Shown: piece by piece, positions 1 through 13,108 of the stretch
How the letters are laid out: each line of letters starts with the position of its first letter
Position numbering within the stretch: position 1 is the stretch's first letter
From: Tubulanus polymorphus
Taxonomy: Eukaryota > Animalia > Nemertea
Assembly: GCF_964204645.1 (NCBI RefSeq)
Contig: NC_134030.1
Location: forward strand, 18,436,210-18,500,209
Length of the DNA stretch: 64,000 bases
Reading direction: 5' to 3'
Translations under genes and position numbers: made by a program
Notes under the pieces: model-generated
Databases searched by the model: none
What the model was told of the DNA's origin: nothing
What the model saw: only the letters and a program-made list of their open reading frames with translations

Positions 1-3000
1 CATCGACTCAACAAGTTACATGTGACCCTCCAGCTGTCGTTCAAAAACTATCAAACTCTCAGTGGAATATAACGATACCTACCGTAAATAGTACCACAAC
101 TGACTATAGAGGGCGGTGTTTAGCTGACGGTAAAAATGAAAGGGTCATTGATGTCGCTGGTTATCATCACGCCGGTCCAACTGATGAACCAGGTAAGATT
201 CTACGTAGGTCAGAACTCACCGGATTTTATCTGAATGCCAGGTTTTCTGAGTACAGAATGTTACAGTTTTGTCCCTGAAGTCAAAATCAACCAACATACT
301 CTCAAAATCCTAAACCACCGATGTATATCACGGTTGATCAAATCGATTAGTTTTAGATCCAGATGGAGGTAAAGTGTTCGGTGCTGTAATCGGTGTACTG
401 ATATTACTGATTCTGATAACACTGTTTATACTGTGTCTTTGTGGCTGCTGTAAGTTTTACCTAAAACCATCATTTAATCTAAGAAAAACAATAATAAATA
501 AACTGCAGAAATAGAATACTGTATTATTTCTAATTGACAGTGCGGTACAGAAAACCCCATGATGAACTGTGTAGATGTGGAAATTGTAAGTTCTGTAAAA
601 ATTCATATACATAATGTTTAAAATTGAAGAACAGCTACATTTAAAATTGCGTACAAGGCTTCAGGGGTCCATCCAAAATTATCCACTTTCCCCTCTGTAA
701 AAACGTACTCCCCAGTGATGAAAGAGTACTTGAAGGATGGGTCACTGAGTAATAACAACGGTTGTTTGTGTACGTACATCTGTATGAACTACGCATTATT
801 AAAACAGAAAATATCATTATGTAAGATAAAACGCTGTACATTTGTGTAATAATCCTGTGTACCAGTACTGTGTTTCTATAGAAAACCTGCTGATAAACTG
901 TTTAGTTGTAATTGTCGCACCAAGAACCCCCGAATAACAGTGAACTATGTGTTTGTTGTTGCTGTAAGTTCCATAGAAAAATACCATCCCAGAATCTTAG
1001 AAAGGTTGACTGCAAAATAAAATACCATATTATTTTTTTTTTGTTTTCAGTCACTCCTTTCCGCACTACTGATGATCCAGTGGATTCTACTCAAGGTAAT
1101 GAAGATAACTACTTTAGCAACAATATTTTCCTATATCTATTACTGTATCATGAATATACAATTATTTAGATAATATATGACACCTGACTGTATTTGAAAT
1201 TGTAGCATGTTTTTATATTTTATCATAAAATAAGTTTATTCTAATGCAATTGTTTTTACATTATATAATCATACTATAGGATACGTACATGTTGTTACAA
1301 TGATTTAAATATATAAAGGACCAATGGTCCAGTGGCTCGCCAAACTGGTGTGAAGTAAAATATTTGTTATGTATAGGCTACTAGTACGCAAAAATTAATT
1401 TCATTGAAAATTAAAAAAAGAAAAATATACATGTATCAAAAAGGACTTAATTTTGGTCAGTGATAACTGACTTTTTAACGAGAATGAAATCTTCGAGAAA
1501 TTGATTATGGGAATTTTTGTCTCAACAAATTAATGTTCATTATCTTAATACATCCCTGGAATGACATATAAAACTAAATATAAACATATAAAACTATAAA
1601 ATATAAACACATAAAACTATGAGTGACCAAGTTAATGCAAATTTGAGGCCAAAAAATTTATTGCCTGACTGACATGGTTTGTAATAATTTCATTATAGGA
1701 TTGCTTTTAGTTGGCAGGCAAGCTTTACATCTTCACTCCAGACAAATCGTTGTTACGCGCGATATACACCGTAGCGCGTTTTGACTGATACATACACGCA
1801 GTGAACACGAGAGTATAAGGCGATATTGCATACGCGACTGTACACGTCTCTTTTCAACGCGAACGCTCATCACTGTGCCACGAACTAACATAAATAACAA
1901 ACTAATATAACAAACTAATTAAATAATCAGGCTTCAAAACGGATCGTTAATGCGAACGTCAATAAAATGACTTCAATTAATGATGACAAAACAATTATTT
2001 CAGTCCAGACATATCTTAGAAAATTCGATGCTATCAGCTGATCAGTATCATCAGTGAATCAGCCGTGTGGCGAACACGGAAGTAAATTTCCGCAATTTGA
2101 AACCAGAATTTTGTCAGATATCGTGATTCAACGTTACGATATGCACGGGATTTCAAAACTAGATGAATCATTGAACATATCGCACACAACAAATCGTTAT
2201 ATCATACGCCTTGAGTATAAGTATTCGCGTTAGAAATGATGAATATGAAACTCTTCAATTGTGCCGCCATTTTGTTTAGCGAAATAGCGCACTTTGCTGA
2301 TCCACCTCATTTACATATTCAACGAATGCTATGACGTCATGATGGAGTCTTTGAAAGCCCATAACTACCGAAAAAAGCGTCGGATCTTAGCGAGATAAAA
2401 TTCTTCGGACACAGATAGCATTGATTTTCACATGTGTAAATTTGGACAGTTGAAGATGCTGCATAAAAAACGTGCAAAGATAAATCGAATTTTTGAAACT
2501 TTTTGGTTGATTTCTCAAAAATATGAAACCCACGGCTTTCAACTTTGCGCACCATAAAGAAAAACAAATTACGAACTATATTTTTGCCGTTCCGTTCAAT
2601 TCGCCAATTAGTAGTGAAATCACAGGCTACTGAAATTGCGTTTGAGAGTGCTAAAAATAGCTTTGAGCGTAGTCTATTTAAGCATACGAATGATTATCGA
2701 TCGGCCAGACCGTTGACATTGCCAAAAATGTAAGAACAAGTCAGCGATGACGGTACAAAGAAAGCCGGTACTTGTGTTATGTATCACCCTAATGAGTTAC
2801 AAAAGTTAAAAGAGAACAAGTGAAAGAAAAAAGAAACAAGAAATTTAATTTAAATAAATTATTTGACGCCTGCGAAAAAATGTAGAATTTTTGGGATAAG
2901 CTAATGTGGAATTGCAAATTTGAAATCGAATCTTTTAAGAAATTTGGGGAATTATGAGATTCGGTGATTGGGCAGGTGATACAGGTCTTCGACTGCAGTA

Positions 3001-4784
3001 GTCTGGTTTAATTTTTTTATTGAAAATTGTCAATAATTGATAACTTGCGACCGACTTCATTCACTATTGCCTCTAAGCTGGTCTGCAACTTCATTGCCTC
3101 CATAGTTGAAGAAAGCGCTCTTCTGATGTCTGCTTCATCATGACTTCGAGCATATCGTGTGGCCTAGCCAGCCGGCCTGGCCGGTCACCGGCCTTGGCTG
3201 TCACTCGATAACCTCTTGAGTCTGGGTTGATGTAGACATTGTCATTTAAAATAACTTGTTTATGTTATTCTGTATGAATTACGCATGTGTCTTGTATGTT
3301 GTATTTTCTTATTTTAAAATTTGTAACTTTATTGAATTTGAACTCTATTTGAATTTTATATGTAATAAGGATCAATAAAGAATTGAATTGAATTGTCACC
3401 TAATATACGTGCCATCAGAGGACGCGGAGCCGTATATGACAGCTATGCTATTATAAATTGCTAATCTTACGAAACCTGCATACCCCTTATATCGAACATC
3501 TTCTAAAACATTTGAATATTGAAATTATATATTTACACATTTTTATATTGACCGCTTGTAGGCGCCGATGAAATTCACGCCGGCCCTACACAGATCGTAG
3601 ATAGCTTCGTAATTCCACCGGCATCCCCATGTCAGGGTCTTGCTTTTATATCAGACTTCAACATCGTGTATACATCCGCCATTTTGACCGAATAATCCGA
3701 TTTACTTATCATTTCTATTTATGCCTGCCGCTTCTGATATAATCATACATCCATTACTATCACAATACGTCTTCTAATGATATTCAATGCAATATAACAT
3801 TTCGACGTTCAAATAGAAGTCATTACATAATCACAGGAAGCCATTCTACATCTTTGTCAATAATATTTTGCCAAATAGCTTTCATGTGTACACATAGACC
3901 TGTGACGTTTTGCACGTCGATTTACGGTTGTCGTTTGTAAAATGACGCTGAATGGTTAACATTGTTTAGGTTTCATAATGGTAACGTTTTATAAGCGTCA
4001 AAAAAACAAAGAGAACTTATAGAAAATAAATCATTACAAAAACGTAAAAATATCATGAACACATTATGTATCTATAACTTAATGTGAGGAGTAATGTAAA
4101 TTGTTTGTTTTGTTAAATCCTTCCATAACTAGCGGAATTTTGTCCGCAAAATAAGCTTTGCTATATATGAACTGTCTTCCTGTGGCTTTAAGAACATTCA
4201 CTTTTATAGAACTCGAAAATTTCTAGACCTTCTTTGAAACTGATGAAGATAATTAGTTAGGTAGAATGAAATGCTGAATTATTCTTTATTCACAGTGCCG
4301 TTGAGACCAGTTGATAATGAACCAGGTGGATTTACTGATGATAATGAGGATGCCTCCTCAGATGAACTGTGTCACTGTTGCTGCTGTGAGTTCTATAAAA
4401 AATACCTTCTATGAAACTGATAAAGATTGATATTCAGTAACTGAAGAATAAACTGCTGTATTATTTTCTATTTGCAGTGATGTTAAGGAAACATGTTGAT
4501 TGTCTGTGTAGACGTGATAGCTGTAAGTTGTATAACATTAAAACTAATGATATCACACAAAATCAAACGTTGAGTTATATGATGTTTTAAGTGTTGATAG
4601 AGGGCGAAGAAATTATATCTCGAAATATATCAAAAATTAATTTCCGATTAATGTCCAAAATAACGACCATGCATCAGTGAATTTGAGATAAATGAACAAG
4701 AATTCATTAAAGCGTACGGTGTGAGCGTAGCAGGGTGAATGGCAATCTCACCCTCGGGATTGGATACTATTATGAAGACGTTTA

Positions 4785-4825
<41 letters not shown>

Positions 4826-7800
4826 GGCTTTCATGAATTATACCAATAAAGCTTTCGGGAACATAGTTATAGTAGGGTTCAGTTATCAGCGGTTAAACAA
4901 TATCAACAAGTAGTGCATGGAAGCTGGAGTTCATGGCCAGTATTGCAGTATCAGACAACCTGCATGGATATGTACATACATGAACATAAATAGAAATTAT
5001 ATAAATAAACAAGTGTGGAAGTGACGTATGTGTCTACCTAGGTAAACCAAATATGGTGCAGCCATGGACTCCGTTGAGTGCAAAAATATATTTTTAGAAA
5101 ATTGTGACGTGTGCAGACACGTCATTGCCCATACATGGATGGGAGGAATGTTGTGACGTATGAATACGTCACAAGCCATGAATTCCAAGCCATATGTGGA
5201 AGAGGACCTGCACACGTTACACAAGAGAAAGTGATATAAATAGGGAGGTTTTTGTAAGCACGAGATAGTAAAGAGAGCTACATCTGTTTACATCTAGTAA
5301 GAAGAAATAAACGAAAGATAATTTTAGAAATTGTTAAGTTATTTCTGGGAGCCGTGTAAGAAGTCAAGACCAAGGACTGAGATCTGATCTAAGAGAGTGT
5401 CCTCGCACCATCATTGAGAGGAATTATTACCACGACGCTAGTTGGACAACCCAACCCGGATTCACAGCACTGGAAGATATACGGACCATAACATAGGTGG
5501 AGAATCCATACCCACAACACTGGTGGAGAACAGTGGTGTATCCTGCACCTCTCGCTGCCAAGCGATCTAGTATATTGGTCAGTGAACACGGGGTGAAGTA
5601 AAAGTATAAGATGAACGTTACATTGCGTAACCGTAATAACATAAAATACGGGCCGCTACCGCGGGTTAAGTTGAAATATTGCGGATAACTCGATCTGTGT
5701 ATAAAAATCATTCCCGTTCAGATTTAAGGAGTAATGATATTCGGTTCCTGTCCGTAATATGCAGTTGATATCACCAGATGTACTTTGTTTTTGTGAATTG
5801 TGAGTTTCTAGTAGAGGGTGATTGTGTCTTGTGATAACTTCGAGAAATCAATGATCAAATAGAATGGTTTTTGCGAAATCGTGTTTTGGATGGTTAGGAT
5901 TGACGGCTAACGAAACGGTTTGCGAATACGAAGCGTAGTGAACTCAATTTAAGTTGATTTGATGAAATGGCGAGTGATCAAGACATTGTGCGTATACTTT
6001 GGAATCAATCGGCGAATGGAAAATCGTGCGGGAAGACGACCTTGGACAAGTTTAATGGACTCCGACCCTTGGACATAAATATAATGATGATGTATTAACT
6101 TTTGCATGCTTATACTGTATAAAAAATGTGTGTTTTTGGTTGAATCGGAAAATTAAATTGAGCGTATTATTGATATTTATTTCCAAATGCTGGGTTTATT
6201 AGATTAGATTACTACGCAGTGCTGATGTATACATCGTTGTTTGTTGCAGGCTTAGGTATTTATTCTAGGAATTTTTTTCCCGATTGTTTTACTCTGGCTA
6301 TATAGTCTATATGATGTTGCGAATGCTATTTTTGCATACGTCTTATTCATAACAGCGTTAACTCGTTCACTGCTATCATGAAGATACCAAACAAATGTCT
6401 GTGGTTATAGGTTAGGTATTTATGTTTGAGTAGTATTGTGGGTATTAGATATATGTTAGTTGTAGATAATAATTTGTGCCAAAGGAATTCTTTGGGGTTG
6501 AGCGCTCAATGGTGAAGCTTACCGGAAGGTTTTAATTGAGAGTATAATTATGAGTTTATAGTTTATGTCGAAATAGTTTTAGTGGATTTGGGAGCCCCTG
6601 ATAAAAAGAGTGAGGGATGCTCAAGGGGTAGTCCTGAAATAGGGCAGAGGTTTGAAGCTTGAGGAATGCGTAGATGATTAATTTATGTGCCAGTAAGAAA
6701 TTCGAGAGTAAAATCCCAGATGAAATCAAATTATATTCCAAGTGATTGATGAATGTTATCATTTCACCAAATGTGATATTTCACTGGATTTTCAGGTAGC
6801 AACATAGAATCATTTTCAAGTCGTTAGGGTACTTAGTTAGGGTACTCATGATTCTCGAAAAAAAAACCAATTTGTCCTTATCTTCCAATCGTCATGATGT
6901 AGTACATTTCAAATTCATTTTCATTACGCTATACGAAAGCTACCCTGCCAAAATCTAATCTTATCATAAATTTGCTATGGTGGCTGATTCAGGACAAGTC
7001 AATATTTTTTAGCCCACTTGGGACCTTAGTGGGCTATTGCGTTCACTTTTCGTCCCTCATCCGTCCGTTCGTCTGTAGACGGAATCCAGTTATTTTTGGA
7101 AGTTCTGAAGACGCTTCAAGGTAATATCTTGATATTTGGTTTACATATGTATCTACCCTAGACACATCCGCAGCCCAAAAACTGGCCCTGTCAGATTCAA
7201 GATGACCGACTGGCAACCATTGTTGTTCGCCAAAATCAGCACTTTTTACACAATTTTCAAGTTTTCGAGGGAAATTTTGAAGACGCTTTGATCAATTACC
7301 TTGATCTTTCACATATAATAATATATTTGTATCCTCTAAGGGCCCATCAGCATGAGAAAAATTGGGTCGATCGGACTCAAGATAACCGTCCTATGACCTT
7401 TTTTGTGCCCAAAAATGTCAATTTTGGCCCAAATTCTGAGTCCTGTACCTTCCTACTGGTTTGCTATTTTACATTGAACATTGTGGTGGCTATTCTATGG
7501 ATAGGGATCTTTAATAGCTGAGACAGTTATTTTTAATGCACCAATTATCACGCAATTGGCGGCCATCTTGGTGTCACCAGTACTCATTCGTAAGTCGAAA
7601 AAGGTTTTTCCACATTATATTGATATCTAACCATATTTTGTTACCACAATCAATTGTAAAGTTGTAGCTCATAATATGTTCTATCATTGTCGTGAGTTTC
7701 AAGGTCAGTGGTGTTTGTATATGGCCACCAGGGGGTGTTGAATGATACATTAACTTAGTATTTTGATATCATATTTGTACCTATGCATATTTTGTTACCG

Positions 7801-10800
7801 CAATCAAGTTCAAAGTTGTAGCACATGACATTGGTTATAATTGTGGTGAGTTTCAAGGTCATTAGTTATTCGGAATGGTCACCAGGGGGCGTTGAATAGT
7901 AGAATAACTTAGTACTTCCTTATTAGATTGGTACCTAGGCATATTTTGTTACCATGATCAATTGCTCCACCAAAAAGCGCAGAAACATAATTTTCTGCAG
8001 TTTATAAGGGAAATTTTGAAGGCGCTTCGATCAATATCCTTGATCTTTCAGACATAGTTTTATTCCCATAGGACCCATCATCATAAGAAAAAAATTGTAT
8101 TACCTAAATTAAAAATCGTATTTCACGCATAACTGGAACTTTCACTCGGCTGACGAAAAACGAAAAGAGCGATTCAGAATTTGAGGGCCTTGTTCCGGAC
8201 AAAAATGAGTTTTTTTGCCCGAAAAAAAATGATTTAAAATAAAATTTGTTTTTAGAACGCGCTGAAATAAATATTTTCTTTTAGCAAATTTTTCTTAATC
8301 GATTTGAAATTTTGAGAAATAGAAATCTCCCCAAAAATCCCAAACTGATTTTATATTTTACAGATGTTGTTAAAATTCAGAAATGTCTGAAAGAAACGTA
8401 CAAACGGATGATCGATGCTGAAAATTACAAAGAGGTTTGGTGGAGCGATAAATTCATCAATTTCAACGACTTCTTCACCCAAGAACACGCGAAAATTCGA
8501 TCCCGAAAAGAGAGAAATGAAAAATGTGAGGAACAGTCAGTGATTTTACCCGATGATTTCGAGAAGCTTTTCTCTCATGACCAGCCCGAAAAGAAGCATG
8601 TGTGCCTCGTAGGTGAACCCGGTATGGGTAAAACTACACAGATAAAAAAGCAAGTGTTGTCATGGGAGAAGTCGCCGTTTCTAATGGGGTTTCCTATGTT
8701 ATTCTATATACCGTTAAATGCTCTGCCCGCTGATAACGCTTGTATTTATACGTACATTTACGAACATCTTTTGAGTCGAGAATTCAGAAAGGTTTCGTCG
8801 GTCGATGCTTTTAAGAGATTCGTACAGGAAAATGCAGATAAATCGATATTTTTGCTAGACGGCTTCGACGGGTTGAAAAACGATGAGGCAAAGGAGGACA
8901 TCGTACACGTGACCAATGGATTACAAAAAGCGCATATCGTCATAACAACACGTGAGTCCGGGGGCAGCATGATCGTCACTGATCCCAAATACACCGTTAT
9001 ATCGATATCCGGCTTCAAACAGGAAGAAGTCATCGAAATAATGAAGAGAAAATTCCCCACGCGCGATCCAAAACAGCTATTTAACAAGCTTAGAGACGCA
9101 GCGTCACCTTTATTTAAAAGTATCTACTACAACCCGCTGATACTACATATGTTTTGTTTTCTGTATATGAACAAGGAAAAAAATTCGATGACGATTCCAT
9201 CCAAACTCACCGATATCTACATCGATTTGACATGTTTTCTGATCAATAAACGCGAGGGCATCAAGTTGTCTGAGAATTGTTTTTTTGACGACATCGAAAA
9301 TTCGGAAGCGCTTCAAGAAATTTGTCAAGTCGCGTATGAGACGCTCCTTCGGCATCAAAACAGCTTCAGCGAAAATCGTCTCAAACTCGAATCGAACATG
9401 ACGGCTTTGACATGTAAGGAGGTGTCGCCGCGACAGAAATCAGACCGCTCCGTCCAGCTGCGGTTCATACACAAATCTGTGCACGAATTTCTGGCGGCGG
9501 TCCACTCGGTCGTGCAATTCAAAAACAGTGATGAAATACCCTGGAACAAATGCGCGTTTGATCAACTACCGGATGAACTTGAAAAATATGGTGAATTATA
9601 CCCGAGATTCATGGCAGGGCTGCTGCATCGTCACAAGCGTAACCGCGGCCTCGGTGAACTGTTCAAGACTTTAATAGATAAACATTTAAAAGCAATCACA
9701 ATAGACGAGGCAAAATATGAGGATTCACTTGTATTTATAGACAGTTCCCTGATGGCGACCCTTCCCGATTATGAAAGCTTCATCGAACTCCAATCTCAAA
9801 GCTTTTGGTTACCCGATCAGTTTTCTATCTACCTGAATGAAGCTGACTGGCCGGACGACGCCATTAGTGAAATAGTTCACTGCATGGAGAAGATGTTAAT
9901 CGTAAATCGATGTAGCATGTTCAAAATGAACATACTCGCAAAAATACTCGAACACAAACAATGCCCGATCGAGGTAGTTTACATGTTTACCAACGAACTG
10001 AAACCCGACCAATTGTTCGCTGATGAATACCGCGCATTAGAAACAGCCATAGCGAGTAACACTAGTCTTCAGGGTATGGTAATCGAGATAGGCGGGGATT
10101 TTCCACCGTCAATAGACACATATAATCCGTACTTGACTTTGTGTCAGAAGAGCAACAGAATGAACTGGTTTGTGGGCCTAGATAAAGACTACATTGGTTT
10201 GTGTTACAAGAAACTCGATTGTGGATGGATTAAGACGAGTCGAGTGATTGAATCTGAAAATCAGTTGACCAGTGGTGATCCATCCACACAAAACATAGAA
10301 GAAATTTTGTCTATCAAAACTGAGGCTTTAAGTGCGAAACTTTTAAGTGATATTCAGAAATCTTATCCATCCCCAAAGCATCTGTCTCTCCGCCTGTCTC
10401 GCGATAAAGGCAAAAATATAATCGGAGAGCTGACAAGTATAGTACCGCGATTGAAAAGCTTACATCTCCAAGACGCAGGAAAAGACGAAGCAATCAATGA
10501 AAATGTGACCGGTGAAGAATTAAGAAATTTCAAGAACGCCTTAGAATGTTCAGAGATCGAAACAATTGAGCTCAATCTGAAGGAACTAACGACATATCAA
10601 TTGAAAGAAATCAGCGATGGCATCGGCTCAATGAAAAATCTAAAACGCCTTTCCTGTCACAGACTTGATTTTGAAATAAGCCGCATTCTAGATCTACGGC
10701 GGCGGCTGACTGTATTATCAATACGTTTGCGGTCAGAAGCCGATGGTAAAGCACTTCTTCGGTATCTAAAAACGGATGCGGTAAATCAGCTCCAAGAAGT

Positions 10801-11083
10801 CCGTATTAGTAGCTATCTTGAAGGAACCGAACAGCATAACGCCATCTTACGACAACTTAAACACGTTTCATCGCTTCGTAGATTAGAGTTCCACGTTTTT
10901 GAAGTGAGGTTTAATACACAGGACGATTTATTCGATATCGTCGAATTAATCGAAAATCTTCCGCACCTTTCTGACCTGTATATCATTTGCCGAGTCGGCG
11001 ACCGCGATATGATAAAAATCTACATCAAATCAAAACTTAAGGAACTCAATAAACGAGTAAGAGTACATTTAGATATTTTATAG
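1..11083 (+). CDS. Predicted membrane-anchored NLR, 5'-partial: Ig-like ectodomain exon + TM + Cys-rich linker + NACHT + LRR-like region
   Basis: Exons <1-192, 357-449, 541-585, 1051-1095, 4296-4385, 4478-4522 and 8364-11083 all have AG/GT boundaries, all introns are phase 1, and they join into one open frame. TM exon reads DGGKVFGAVIGVLILLILITLFILCLCGC. The joining of these exons to the NACHT exon is inferred. Confidence 0.65.
4788..4822. repeat. (TA)n microsatellite
   Basis: Pure TA run. Confidence 0.95.
4900..5530 (+). mobile_element. Possible degenerate LTR followed by a primer-binding site
   Basis: TATA-like tataaata (~5235) and aataaa (~5306), ending ...cacaaca, then TGGTGGAGAA (5521-5530), resembling a tRNA 3'-complementary PBS. 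No second LTR or pol found; 5' boundary uncertain. Confidence 0.35.
7005..8090. mobile_element. Non-autonomous Helentron/HINE-like element with internal tandem units
   Basis: T-run start, short hairpin agcccact...agtgggct, (tccg)-type microsatellite, and repeated ~150-170-bp units (ttttgttacc...gagtttcaaggtca...caccaggggg) at ~7640, ~7790 and ~7945. Confidence 0.5.
8364..11083 (+). CDS. NACHT NTPase + LRR-like terminal exon (NLR-type)
   Basis: Walker A GEPGMGKT (8612), Walker B IFLLDGFDG, sensor-1 VITTR, NPLIL, winged-helix FIHKSVHEFLAA, and C-terminal LxxLxL repeats (LKSLHL, LKRLSC, LRRLEF, LSDLYI). Acceptor ttttacag ends at 8363; the ORF-track start at 8312 is intronic. Confidence 0.92.
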
Positions 11084-12791
11084 TTAAAGAAACTTCTTCT
11101 CTGTGAACAGAATTTCACTGATATTAAACCGCATTTTTCCAATACATGACATACAAAGACATCAAGTTCAACAATTTATTCTATACATCATAAATACTGT
11201 AATTTTATGTTGGAGATGCCACAAGTTATGGATTATACAGAAAAGCGATAAAATGTGTTATCTGATACATGATGGAGGATTCTAAACCATCGAGGACCGG
11301 TCTATAAACTGTGGTTTATGAATGGACGAAAAGTAAACATGAAAATGATTCATATCATATTCTTTACGTCTCCCTTGGACAGGTATGAGTAAAACTCACC
11401 TTACTCGTCAGACTTTTGAGTAACTGGGACAAAAATCAATTTTCTAATTTTTTATTAGCATATCCCCCTTAACTCGCATTCGCTCAAGTATTTAATAATA
11501 ATGATAATCTTTATTTATTTAAGCATAATAAATTACATACAATTAATTTAAACGCAATAATGGCAATCAATGCATCGACAAGCCTAGTGGCTGAACTCAT
11601 AGAAGAGGCCAATGCCCTAAATTTTCCGCCCCTAATTCACATTCACTCACCTCGAACCAATTTTTGTCGGTTCCAATATGTCGGAGATATAGACACTGTT
11701 CGTTGTATTTTACCTCGTACATTTAGTCTAATAATTATCGTTTGTAAGTTGTAAAACATACATAATCTAGCTTAGCGGTTCTTTATGAGACTATGGAGAA
11801 AAATAGGACTCTCTGTAGTAATTAGTCTATATTGTATTATTCTATAACCTTGGAGATGTTAACACCAGAGATGCTGGGTCTTACTCAATACTATGGAACT
11901 GTGGACTGTGGTTTATAATAAAATCATTGTAATTTATGTTATTTGGTTGTATGCAATTTCTGTGCTATATTAGGCGAAAACAATTGCAAAAATCTTTGGC
12001 ATAGAGACCCGGCGAAATAAAATCCTGCCGGCCGGCTGAAAATTAGTTCGTGGTTTACAAGAAATGAAATCAAAACCGTTAGGCGTTCAGGCGGGTGTCG
12101 ATATGTCTTCCTGTCGTTCTTTTTTTCATTTTATTGGGGTTCGAGCTTACCAGTCTTAGAGGTCACGAGTTTGGTTACGGAGTTGAAATGCTATCTCACG
12201 GTTGTTGAGCAGTGACTAATAAACAATTGTTGTGTGTCGGATGAATTTGTTAGACAATTTATATTAAATGTGGTGTTCACAGTGGTTGTTGTTTGTGATA
12301 TTGGACATAGGTACCAAAGATCTGTGTGCCTTTGTCCTGTGTCAATCAGCCAATTCAAGGCACGTTGAAGAATGTAAAAGACATTTTTGACAATTTTATC
12401 ATTCAGTTGGAGCAGGGAAGTGTGATCACACTTCCCTGGTTGGAGTAAATGTAGGCCTAGTAGTAGTGATTACTCAGTTCTGATGTTTGTGATGCCTGCG
12501 AACCTCTTTATGCCACATTTTACTTGTAAAAGCTGGGTATATTGGCTTTAAAAAAGAAGGGTTGATTCCAAGTATTTTTATTGAAAATAGACTGTTGCAT
12601 GCCTGGTCAATATGAACAAAATTCATGTTAAAAAAGTGTATATGATAATCAACCACTGTCTACCGGGTCATTTTTTAGGGATTTTGAAACAGGGTATCAT
12701 TTTTTGCCTAATCACTGGAAATCTATTGATACATCATCAAGTAATTGTAATAACATTAGTTAATCATAAAAGATATTTTCTGCTTTTTTAT

Positions 12792-13108
12792 CACAGTGTA
12801 ACAGAATTGTAGTGTACATGAAATACAGTGTAACTGAATTGTAGTGTACATAACTGAATTATAGTGTAGCTGAAATATACAGTGTAACTTAATTATAGTG
12901 TACATGAAATACAGTGTAACTGAATTATAGTGTACATAACTGAATTATAGTGTAGCTGAAATATACAGTGTAACTGAATTATAGTGTACATGAAATACAG
13001 TGTAACTGAATTATAGTGTACATAACTGAATTATAGTGTAGCTGAAATATACAATGTAACTGAATTATAGTGTACATGAAATACAGTGTAACTGAATTAT
13101 AGTGTACC
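12792..13108. repeat. Compound minisatellite (agtgtaactgaattatagtgtacatgaaatac variants)
   Basis: Direct tandem repeats visible in the sequence. Confidence 0.9.

Noticed and set aside
906-963. Additional coding exon SHQEPPNNSELCVCCC
   Set aside because: No upstream AG gives an in-frame, stop-free junction; treated as a pseudo-exon.
8312-8363. ORF-track N-terminus MRNRNLPKNPKLILYFT of the NACHT protein
   Set aside because: Starts at TTG and runs through a branch point/pyrimidine tract ending in cag at 8363; it is intron sequence.
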